Below are positions 26,880 to 34,541 of a stretch of 64,000 nucleotides of DNA, piece by piece (positions within the stretch are counted from its first letter, which is position 1; every line of letters begins with the position of its first letter). The notes beneath the pieces are model-generated. The model was not told the DNA's origin and ran no database searches. It saw nothing but the letters and a program-made list of their open reading frames with translations. Made by a program: the position numbers and the translations under genes. Source of the DNA: an uncultured Lachnospiraceae bacterium (GTDB lineage Bacteria > Bacillota > Clostridia > Lachnospirales > Lachnospiraceae); contig CALWLY010000017.1 in the NCBI GenBank assembly GCA_944381635.1, forward strand, positions 15,026 to 79,025. Direction: 5' to 3'.

Positions 26880-27431
26880 ATGAGCAGCATTGTCATTACA
26901 TTGCCCAAAATTGAAAATGCCAGACAGATTCGGGATATTCTGGTTCGCCATGGTTTCACCGTGGATGCTCTCTGCACCACCGGAGCCGGTGCACTGATTG
27001 AAATGAACCGTCTGGACTGTGGAATTGTGATCTGCGGCTATCGCTTTTCGGATATGTATTACACACAGCTTGCGGAAAGTATGCCGGAAAGCTTTGAAAT
27101 ACTGTTGATTGGCTCTGCGCAGGCAGTTGCGGATTGTCCCTCCGGGCTGGTTTCTCTCACAATGCCTTTAAAATCCTATGAACTGATAAACACGGTGCAG
27201 ATGATGCTGGTTCAGAATGCCCGCCGTTATAAAAAACGCAAAGCGCGGCCAAAAGTTCGGGATGAAAAGGAAAAAAACTATATTCAGAACGCAAAGAGGC
27301 TGCTTATGGAAAGAAATCATATGAGTGAGGAAGATGCATACCGGTATATTCAAAAATGCAGTATGGATTCCGGCACCAATATGGTGGAGACCGCCCAGAT
27401 GATTTTGATGCTTATCTATGAAGAACTTTAA
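26880..27431 (+). CDS. ANTAR-domain RNA-binding antiterminator with pseudo-receiver domain (NitR/AmiR-like)
   Basis: C-terminal ANTAR signature (IQNAKRLLMERNHMSEEDAYRYIQKCSMDSGTNMVETAQMIL). The N-terminal receiver-like fold lacks the acidic pocket: IVITLPK replaces the DD pair, and GIVICG replaces the phospho-Asp strand. Confidence 0.8.
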   Translation: MSSIVITLPKIENARQIRDILVRHGFTVDALCTTGAGALIEMNRLDCGIVICGYRFSDMYYTQLAESMPESFEILLIGSAQAVADCPSGLVSLTMPLKSYELINTVQMMLVQNARRYKKRKARPKVRDEKEKNYIQNAKRLLMERNHMSEEDAYRYIQKCSMDSGTNMVETAQMILMLIYEEL

Positions 27432-27446
27432 AAGGAGAAAAACGAA

Positions 27447-28664
27447 ATGGTGACTGTAAATGAAAATTATCTTAAACTGCCCGGAAACTATCTGTTTTCC
27501 GAAATTGCTCACAGAGTGGAGGCTTTCCGGGAAAAAAATCCGGGAGCGGCCATTATCCGCCTGGGAATCGGCGATGTGACACAGCCTATTGCACCTGCCA
27601 TTTTAAAAGCGATGCACAAAGCAGTGGATGAGATGGGAGACAGCCGTACATTTCACGGTTATGGACCGGAGCAGGGGTACGAATTTCTGAGAAATGTGAT
27701 CGCAAAGGAAGATTTTTTGAGCAGAGGATGTCAGATTGAGGCAGATGAAATTTTTGTTTCCGACGGTGCGAAATGTGATGTGGGAAATATACAGGAAATT
27801 TTCAGTCTTGGCAATAAGGTGGCTGTCTGCGATCCGGTTTATCCGGTTTATGTTGATACCAATGTTATGGCGGGAAGAAGCGGAAACTACAACGAGAAGA
27901 CAGGAAGATTTGAAGGTATCCTCTATATGCCATGCACAAAGGAAAACGGATTTGTGCCGGAAATACCGAAAGAAACGGCAGACTTGATTTATCTTTGCTT
28001 CCCAAATAACCCTACCGGTGCTGCTGTGACAAAAGAGCAGCTTCAGGCGTGGGTGGATTATGCCAACAAAAACGGTTCGGTGATCCTTTACGATGCGGCC
28101 TATGAGGCCTATATTGAAGGGGATGAAATTCCTCACAGTATTTTTGAGTGTGAAGGGGCAAGAACCTGTGCCGTGGAAATGCGCAGCTTTTCCAAGAACG
28201 CCGGATTTACCGGGGTACGGCTTGGATATACAGTCATTCCCAAAGAGCTGGTGCGAGGCAAAGTTTCTCTTCATGCTTTGTGGAATCGCCGTCACGGAAC
28301 CAAATACAACGGGGCACCCTATATTGTTCAGAGAGCCGGCGAGGCCGTATACAGCCCGGAAGGAAAGGCACAGCTGAGGGAGCAGATTCAGTATTATAAA
28401 AGCAATGCAGCCATGATCTTAAACGGACTTACCCAGGCGGGATTTGAAGTTTACGGCGGAGTGCATGCTCCTTATATCTGGATGAAAACACCGGATGGCA
28501 TGTCATCCTGGAAGTTTTTTGACTATCTTCTCTCAGAAGCACACCTGGTAGGAACGCCGGGCTCCGGTTTTGGTGCCTGCGGAGAGGGCTATTTCAGACT
28601 CACTGCTTTTGGCAGTCATGAAAATACACTGGAGGCAGTGGAGAGACTGAAAGAACTGCGCTGA
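27447..28664 (+). CDS. dapL: LL-diaminopimelate aminotransferase
   Basis: N-terminus [23 protein letters not shown] ... [12 protein letters not shown], a class I aminotransferase fold and the [10 protein letters not shown] lysine motif. It starts 15 nt after the ANTAR gene. Confidence 0.85.
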   Translation: MVTVNENYLKLPGNYLFSEIAHRVEAFREKNPGAAIIRLGIGDVTQPIAPAILKAMHKAVDEMGDSRTFHGYGPEQGYEFLRNVIAKEDFLSRGCQIEADEIFVSDGAKCDVGNIQEIFSLGNKVAVCDPVYPVYVDTNVMAGRSGNYNEKTGRFEGILYMPCTKENGFVPEIPKETADLIYLCFPNNPTGAAVTKEQLQAWVDYANKNGSVILYDAAYEAYIEGDEIPHSIFECEGARTCAVEMRSFSKNAGFTGVRLGYTVIPKELVRGKVSLHALWNRRHGTKYNGAPYIVQRAGEAVYSPEGKAQLREQIQYYKSNAAMILNGLTQAGFEVYGGVHAPYIWMKTPDGMSSWKFFDYLLSEAHLVGTPGSGFGACGEGYFRLTAFGSHENTLEAVERLKELR

Positions 28665-28680
28665 CAAAAATAAGGTAAAG

Positions 28681-28738
28681 AAAAAGGAGCAGACGGTTGA
28701 GGAATCCATATTTCCTCGATCGTCTGCTCCTGTTTTTT
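28681..28738. terminator. bidirectional intrinsic terminator between dapL and carB
   Basis: AGGAGCAGACG ... CGTCTGCTCCT flanked by an A-run and a T-run. Confidence 0.8.
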
Positions 28739-28745
28739 GTTGTTA

Positions 28746-31700
28746 TCATACCCTTGCTTTTGAGGAAAGGCGGCATATATCTACCAGTTCCACGTTGTTC
28801 AGATGATAATCCTGTGAAAGAATATCCGCAAGGGCGTCTGCTGTGTCTAAGGATGTCAGGCAGGGGATGCCGTGTTCTACGGCAATACGGCGGATTTTAA
28901 CGCTGTCCCTGGCGGGAGTGCGTCCTTTGGCGGAGGTGGAAATAATATATTGAATCTTTCCGCTTTCCAGCATTGTCTTGGTGTTTTCCCCTTCTTCTGC
29001 CATTTTGTTGATGGCAGTCACGGAAAGTCCCAGCTGTCTGAGTATACGGGCAGTTCCCTTTGTGGCGTAGAGGGAAAATCCCAGTTCTGCGTATTTGGAG
29101 GCGATGGAATCGATTTCCGCCTTGTCAGAATCTCTTACCGTAATGAGAACTCCGCCTTTTTTGGCCATAGTATAACCGGCGGATACCAGTCCTTTGAAAA
29201 GAGCTTCTTTTCTGTCGCGGGCAATACCCAGGACTTCGCCGGTAGATTTCATTTCCGGACCAAGCTGTGTATCCAGGCCTGACAGCTTTTCAAAAGAAAA
29301 CACAGGAACCTTTACGGCATAATAGCCCGGGGCAGGGAAAAGACCCGGCAAAAAGCCCATCTGCGAAAGAGACTCTCCCAACATAATGCGGGTTGCCAGA
29401 TCTACCATGGGAATTCCGGTTACTTTGCTGATGTAGGGAACTGTGCGGGAAGCGCGGGGATTGACTTCGATCACATAAAGTTCACCCTGATGGATCACAT
29501 ACTGAATATTGATAAGGCCTTTTGTGTGAAGGGAGAGAGCCAGCAGCCGGGAACAGGAAACAATTCGGTCGGTCTGTTCCCTGGTCAGGTTCCAGGCGGG
29601 ATAGACAGCGATGGAATCCCCGGAGTGAACGCCTGCCCGCTCAATATGTTCCATAATACCGGGAATGAGCACGTCCTTTCCATCACAGATGGCATCCACC
29701 TCAAGTTCCGTGCCCATCAGATATTTGTCGATCAGCACCAGATTGTTCTTTTCGTGGGAAAGGATAATTTTCATATATTCCCGGATATCGTCATCGGAAA
29801 AAGCAATGATCATATTCTGGCCGCCAAGAACATAACTTGGCCGCATGAGAACCGGGTAACCAAGGCGGCGGGCGATGCAGAGAGCTTCCTGTGTATTTGT
29901 GGCTGTGTCACCGGAAGGTCTTTTGATATTCAGCTTTTCCAACAGAGCTTCAAAACGACCCCGGTCCTCTGCAGCATCGATGCTGTCGGCACAGGTTCCA
30001 AGAAGCGGAACTCCCTTTTGAGTCAGGAAGGAAGCCAGACGGATGGCAGTCTGCCCTCCGAATGCGGTCACTACGCCCATGGGCTTTTCAATACGGATAA
30101 CATCCATCACATCATCCGGAGTCAAAGGTTCGAAATAAAGACGGTCGGCAGTATTAAAGTCTGTGGATACGGTTTCCGGGTTGTTGTTGATAATGACAAC
30201 TTCACAGCCTGCCTTTTTCAGGGACCATACACAGTGAACACAGGCGTAATCAAATTCGATGCCCTGACCGATACGGATCGGGCCGGATCCAAGTACGATA
30301 ACGACAGGTTTTTTGGACCGATGAGTGTCAATGAAGGAAGAAGCTTCGTCCTCTTTGTCATAAGCTGCATAAAAATAAGGAGTCTCCGCTTCGAACTCAG
30401 CGCCGCAGGTATCCACCATTTTGTAGGAGGCCGGAATATGAGGAATTTCCTCCTTGCCGCAAAGACGGCGGATTGCGCTGTCTGGAAAACCGTATTTTTT
30501 GGCCTCCAGAAGAAGTTCATGATCCAGAGAGGAGGTTTTCAGTTTTTCCTCTATGCGGCAGATATTTTTCAGTTTGTACAAAAACCACTCGTCCACCATT
30601 GTCATGGAATGGAGAGTTTCCACACTTACGCCTCTGCGAAGCGCTTCATAAAGAGCGAAAATACGCTCATCGTCCTCGGCCAGTATTTTATCGGTAAGTT
30701 CCTGATCGCTTTTTTCTTCCATTTCCGGCATGGAAAGGCTGTCCAGAGACAGTTCTGCTCCCCGCACAGCTTTTAAGAGAGCCTGTTCGAAATTCTGGCC
30801 GATTGCCATCACTTCTCCGGTGGCTTTCATTTGAGTTCCCAGTTTTCGCTTTGCATACACAAATTTGTCAAAAGGCCATTTGGGGAATTTTACGACCACA
30901 TAGTCAAGGGCAGGTTCAAAGCAGGCTCTGGTCTTTCCGGTGATTTCATTTTTGATTTCATCCAGACGATATCCAATGGCAATCTTGGCAGCCACTCTTG
31001 CAATGGGATAGCCGGTGGCTTTGGAAGCCAGGGCGGAAGAGCGGGATACGCGGGGATTTACTTCAATAACCGCATATTCAAAGCTTTCCGGATTCAGGGC
31101 AAACTGACAGTTGCACCCGCCCTCAATACCCATGGCATTTATAATATTTAAAGCCGCACTGCGCAGCATCTGGTATTCTCTGTCTGCAAGCGTTACCGCC
31201 GGAGCAATGACGATGGAATCTCCGGTGTGAATGCCTACGGGATCAAAATTTTCCATAGAGCAGACCGTAATACAGTTTCCGGCTCCGTCCCGAATTACTT
31301 CAAATTCAATTTCTTTCCATCCGGCAATACATTTTTCTACAAGAATCTGTGTGATGGGAGACTGCCGGAGACCGTTTTCTGCAATCTCTTCCAGTTCTTT
31401 TTCGTCTGACGCAATACCGCCGCCGGATCCGCCCAGAGTAAAGGCAGGACGGACAATGACAGGATAACCGCATTCCTTTGCAAAAGAGAGAGCTCCCTGT
31501 ACCGTTTCCGTTACCGAAGAGGGGATGACAGGCTCTCCGATCGCTTCCATAGTGTCTTTAAAAAGCTGCCTGTCCTCCGCTTTGTCAATGGTCTCGGGAT
31601 CTGCGCCAAGGAGAGTGACGCCATGTTCCTTTAAAAAGCCTTCCCTGGCCAGTTCCATAGAGAGCGTCAGTCCGGTTTGCCCTCCCAGAGTGGAAAGAAT

Positions 31701-31955
31701 GCTGTCCGGTTTTTCTTTCAAAATGATGCGCTTTAACACATCGGTGTTAAGGGGCTCTAAATAAACACTGTCAGCCATGGCGGAATCTGTCATGATGGTT
31801 GCAGGGTTGGAATTTACCAAAACTACAGAAAGACCTTCTTCTTTCAGGGCGCGGCAGGCCTGGGTACCGGCGTAGTCAAATTCTGCGGCCTGGCCGATGA
31901 CAATAGGGCCGGAGCCGATTACCATAATTTTTTTCAGGCTTTTGTTCAAAGGCAT
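28746..31955 (-). CDS. carB: carbamoyl-phosphate synthase large subunit
   Basis: 1069 aa with duplicated ATP-grasp modules and an MGS-like C-terminus. N-terminus is KKIMVIGSGPIVIGQAAEFDYAG. Confidence 0.96.
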   Translation of the reverse strand: MPLNKSLKKIMVIGSGPIVIGQAAEFDYAGTQACRALKEEGLSVVLVNSNPATIMTDSAMADSVYLEPLNTDVLKRIILKEKPDSILSTLGGQTGLTLSMELAREGFLKEHGVTLLGADPETIDKAEDRQLFKDTMEAIGEPVIPSSVTETVQGALSFAKECGYPVIVRPAFTLGGSGGGIASDEKELEEIAENGLRQSPITQILVEKCIAGWKEIEFEVIRDGAGNCITVCSMENFDPVGIHTGDSIVIAPAVTLADREYQMLRSAALNIINAMGIEGGCNCQFALNPESFEYAVIEVNPRVSRSSALASKATGYPIARVAAKIAIGYRLDEIKNEITGKTRACFEPALDYVVVKFPKWPFDKFVYAKRKLGTQMKATGEVMAIGQNFEQALLKAVRGAELSLDSLSMPEMEEKSDQELTDKILAEDDERIFALYEALRRGVSVETLHSMTMVDEWFLYKLKNICRIEEKLKTSSLDHELLLEAKKYGFPDSAIRRLCGKEEIPHIPASYKMVDTCGAEFEAETPYFYAAYDKEDEASSFIDTHRSKKPVVIVLGSGPIRIGQGIEFDYACVHCVWSLKKAGCEVVIINNNPETVSTDFNTADRLYFEPLTPDDVMDVIRIEKPMGVVTAFGGQTAIRLASFLTQKGVPLLGTCADSIDAAEDRGRFEALLEKLNIKRPSGDTATNTQEALCIARRLGYPVLMRPSYVLGGQNMIIAFSDDDIREYMKIILSHEKNNLVLIDKYLMGTELEVDAICDGKDVLIPGIMEHIERAGVHSGDSIAVYPAWNLTREQTDRIVSCSRLLALSLHTKGLINIQYVIHQGELYVIEVNPRASRTVPYISKVTGIPMVDLATRIMLGESLSQMGFLPGLFPAPGYYAVKVPVFSFEKLSGLDTQLGPEMKSTGEVLGIARDRKEALFKGLVSAGYTMAKKGGVLITVRDSDKAEIDSIASKYAELGFSLYATKGTARILRQLGLSVTAINKMAEEGENTKTMLESGKIQYIISTSAKGRTPARDSVKIRRIAVEHGIPCLTSLDTADALADILSQDYHLNNVELVDICRLSSKARV

Positions 31956-33100
31956 ACAGTTTCCTCCTTTTGTTTCTGGCGATTGTCGTGCATCAGTTTT
32001 AAGAATCGGTCAAAAAGAAATTCGGTATCCTTCGGTCCTGCGCAGGCTTCCGGGTGAAACTGCACGGAAAAGGCAGGGATATGAGTATAGGAAATTCCCT
32101 CGCAGGTCAAGTCATTGAGATTTAAGAAGTTTACCTGTGCATTTTCAGGAAGAGAGGCGCTTTTTACAGCATAACCGTGATTCTGGCTGGTCATATAGAT
32201 TTGTCCGGTTTCAAGGTCTTTCACCGGCTGGTTTGCTCCACGGTGACCGTATTTTAATTTTTCCGTCTCGCCGCCCTGAGAAAGAGCCAGAAGCTGGTGG
32301 CCTAAGCAGATTCCGAAAGTGGGAATGGAGCAGGATACAAGTTTTTTAAGCTGGCGGATGATTTCCGTATTTTCCTTTGGATCGCCGGGACCGTTGGAAA
32401 GAAGGATTCCGTCAGGGGAAAGAGAAAGAATTTCTTCTGCGTCTGCAAAAGCAGGAACTTCTGTCACCACACAGCCTCTTTTTAAAAGTTCTCTTACAAT
32501 ATTCTGCTTTGCTCCAAAGTCCCACACGGCTACATGAAATTTCTCATCCCAATACAGGGAGGACGATGAATTTTTGCTGGCTTCGCAGGGCTCGTATCGG
32601 GTCACCTTGCTGCAGGTGGAGGCGGATACGGCGTTTTGAATGCGAAAGCTTTGGATTTCTTTCCGTTCTCTGTCAGAGTAGGGAGGCGCCTTTCGGGTAA
32701 GTCTTGCATTCATGGTACCGTACTGACGGATCTGCTTGGTCAGGCTTCGGGTATCCACACCGCAGATTCCGGGAATGTTTTGTCGTTTCAAGAAAAAATC
32801 CAGTGTTCCGGCGCTGCGGAAATTGGAAGGATTCTGACACCACTCCCTGCAGATCAGCGCAGAAAGATGAATTTCCCTGCTTTCAAAATCCGAAGGAATC
32901 ATGCCGTAATTGCCGGCAAGAGGGAAAGTCTGGATGACCATCTGTCCATAATAGCTTGGGTCGGTAAGCATCTCAAGATAACCGGTCATGGCAGTGGTAA
33001 ATACCATTTCGGCGTCCACATCCTCTTTAAGAGGAGCGCCGAAGGGAATTCCTTCCATATACTCGCCGTTTTCCAGCACTAAATATACTTTTTCGTCCAT
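31946..33100 (-). CDS. carA: carbamoyl-phosphate synthase small (glutamine amidotransferase) subunit
   Basis: CPSase small-chain N-terminal domain plus a class I GATase (GICLGHQLL). It overlaps the carB start by 10 nt. Confidence 0.95.
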   Translation of the reverse strand: MDEKVYLVLENGEYMEGIPFGAPLKEDVDAEMVFTTAMTGYLEMLTDPSYYGQMVIQTFPLAGNYGMIPSDFESREIHLSALICREWCQNPSNFRSAGTLDFFLKRQNIPGICGVDTRSLTKQIRQYGTMNARLTRKAPPYSDRERKEIQSFRIQNAVSASTCSKVTRYEPCEASKNSSSSLYWDEKFHVAVWDFGAKQNIVRELLKRGCVVTEVPAFADAEEILSLSPDGILLSNGPGDPKENTEIIRQLKKLVSCSIPTFGICLGHQLLALSQGGETEKLKYGHRGANQPVKDLETGQIYMTSQNHGYAVKSASLPENAQVNFLNLNDLTCEGISYTHIPAFSVQFHPEACAGPKDTEFLFDRFLKLMHDNRQKQKEETVCL

Positions 33101-33135
33101 TTTTACCTCACTTTCGCCCGGATAAAAGGGCTGTC

Positions 33136-33167
33136 GTATAAAATAGAATCTCGCTTTGCGAGATTCT
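33136..33167 (-). terminator. second terminator-like hairpin in the carAB leader
   Basis: Minus strand reads AGAATCTCGC-AAA-GCGAGATTCT followed by ATTTTAT, about 35 nt before the carA start. A 9-bp hairpin CTGCGGCGG ... CCGCCGCAG (33172-33213) precedes it. Confidence 0.45.
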
Positions 33168-33264
33168 CCGCCTGCGGCGGGTCGCTCTGCGATTTATTTC
33201 CTTTCCGCCGCAGTGCGATTTATCATCTTTTTTATACGGCAGGGAATAAAATTTCCTGCCGTAT

Positions 33265-33338
33265 AAAAAAGGCGTTCATGAGAAAAACGATTTCAGGGAA
33301 TAGTATTCCTTAAATCAGTCTTTCTCATGAACGCCTTT
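33265..33338 (-). terminator. intrinsic terminator in the carAB leader (attenuator)
   Basis: Minus strand reads AAAGGCGTTCATGAGAAA ... TTTCTCATGAACGCCTTT (18-bp arms) followed by TTTATAC. Confidence 0.7.
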
Positions 33339-33344
33339 GTTCAT
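33327..33344 (-). promoter_or_regulatory. putative antiterminator hairpin ATGAAC-AAAGGC-GTTCAT (AAMGGC hexaloop family)
   Basis: 6-bp stem with hexaloop AAAGGC. The loop and 3' arm are the first 12 nt of the terminator's 5' arm. Confidence 0.6.
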
Positions 33345-33351
33345 CCGCATA

Positions 33352-33380
33352 AGTATAGCAAAAAGAAAAAAGGCGGTCAA
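33352..33380 (-). promoter_or_regulatory. sigma-A promoter of carAB
   Basis: TTGACC, 17-nt spacer, TATACT. The predicted start site is about 0-2 nt from the base of the hairpin. Confidence 0.6.
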
Positions 33381-33480
33381 GAAGAAAATCCCTCTTTTGC
33401 CCGTTTTCACAGAAAACATCGTCCGGGCGGCGATACAGACACCTTCCCTTAGCCTCTCCCTACACGGATGCTATATTTCG

Positions 33481-33509
33481 TTGACGAACAAAGCCCTTTC
33501 CTGTACAAT
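33481..33509 (+). promoter_or_regulatory. sigma-A promoter upstream of the exonuclease gene
   Basis: TTGACG, 17-nt spacer, TACAAT. Confidence 0.45.
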
Positions 33510-33562
33510 TTATTTGAAAAGTGCGACAGAAGTGAGCAGGGAAGAGAAGAAGCGAGAATATC

Positions 33563-34516
33563 ATGAATTGTATTATTTTAGATCTGGAATGGAACCAGGC
33601 CGGAGACAGCCGGGATGAACGGCTTCGGCAGCTTCCGTTCGAGATTATCGAAATAGGAGCTGTAAAACTGAATGAAGAGCGGGAAATCTGCGACACATTT
33701 CACGAGCTGGTACATCCTCAGATTTATCTGGAAATGCATCATATTACAGAAGATCTGATCCATCTGTCTATGGAGGAGCTGGATCATGCAAGACCTTTTG
33801 AGGAAGTAGCAGCTGATTTTTTGAAATGGTGCGGAAAAGATCCCATGTTTGGAACCTGGGGGCCTCTTGATCTGACGGAGCTGCAGAGGAATCTGAGCTT
33901 TTTTGGTTTGCCGGCGCTGGCGGATAAGCCGATAGCCTTTTACGATATCCAGAAGCTGTTTTCCATTGCCTTTGAAGATTCCAAAGTGAGAAGAAGTCTG
34001 GAATATGCGGTTGATTTTTTAAAGATTTCCAAAGACATTCCTTTTCACAGGGCATTGAGCGACGCGGTATATACTGCCAAAGTTTTTCAGTGTATTAAGG
34101 AACAAAGGGTGCTTGAAAAAGTTTCTTTTGACACTTACCATCTGCCGGGGACGAGAAAAGAGGAAATTCATATTGTTTTTGACAACTATGCCAAATTTAT
34201 TTCCAGGGGTTACGAGGATAAGGCTGCACTTTTTTCGGACAGGGAAGTCATTTCCACAAAATGCTATATCTGCCGCCGCAACGTGAAAAAAAAGATTCGA
34301 TGGTTTACGCCAAACGGCAAACATTATTACAGTGTTTCTTACTGCGAAAAGCATGGTTACATGAAAGGGAAGATTCGAGTAAGAAAATCGGAAAACGACC
34401 GGGTATATGCGGTAAAAACGCTGAAGTTTATCCGGGAAGAGGAAGTGCAGGACATTCTGCAGAAGAAAGAAAAAGCCAGGGAGTTAAGAAGAATCCGGCG
34501 CCATAAGGAAAAATAA
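33563..34516 (+). CDS. 3'-5' exonuclease domain protein (DEDDh / KapD-ERI-like)
   Basis: Exo I motif ILDLEWN ... EIIEIGAV and Exo III motif HRALSDA. The C-terminal region is Cys-rich and basic. Confidence 0.7.
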   Translation: MNCIILDLEWNQAGDSRDERLRQLPFEIIEIGAVKLNEEREICDTFHELVHPQIYLEMHHITEDLIHLSMEELDHARPFEEVAADFLKWCGKDPMFGTWGPLDLTELQRNLSFFGLPALADKPIAFYDIQKLFSIAFEDSKVRRSLEYAVDFLKISKDIPFHRALSDAVYTAKVFQCIKEQRVLEKVSFDTYHLPGTRKEEIHIVFDNYAKFISRGYEDKAALFSDREVISTKCYICRRNVKKKIRWFTPNGKHYYSVSYCEKHGYMKGKIRVRKSENDRVYAVKTLKFIREEEVQDILQKKEKARELRRIRRHKEK

Positions 34517-34541
34517 AGGAAGGTTTCCCAGGGGGAGTATC

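Noticed and set aside
29490-30776. Long antisense ORFs inside real genes: 428 aa opposite carB, plus 5579-6379 opposite gltB, 50582-51565 opposite the HAD and AKR genes, 27603-28295 opposite dapL and 15014-15688 opposite the AraC gene
   Set aside because: The translations have no recognisable protein features and are low-complexity, with no RBS. The opposite strand carries unambiguous conserved genes. These are typical shadow ORFs.
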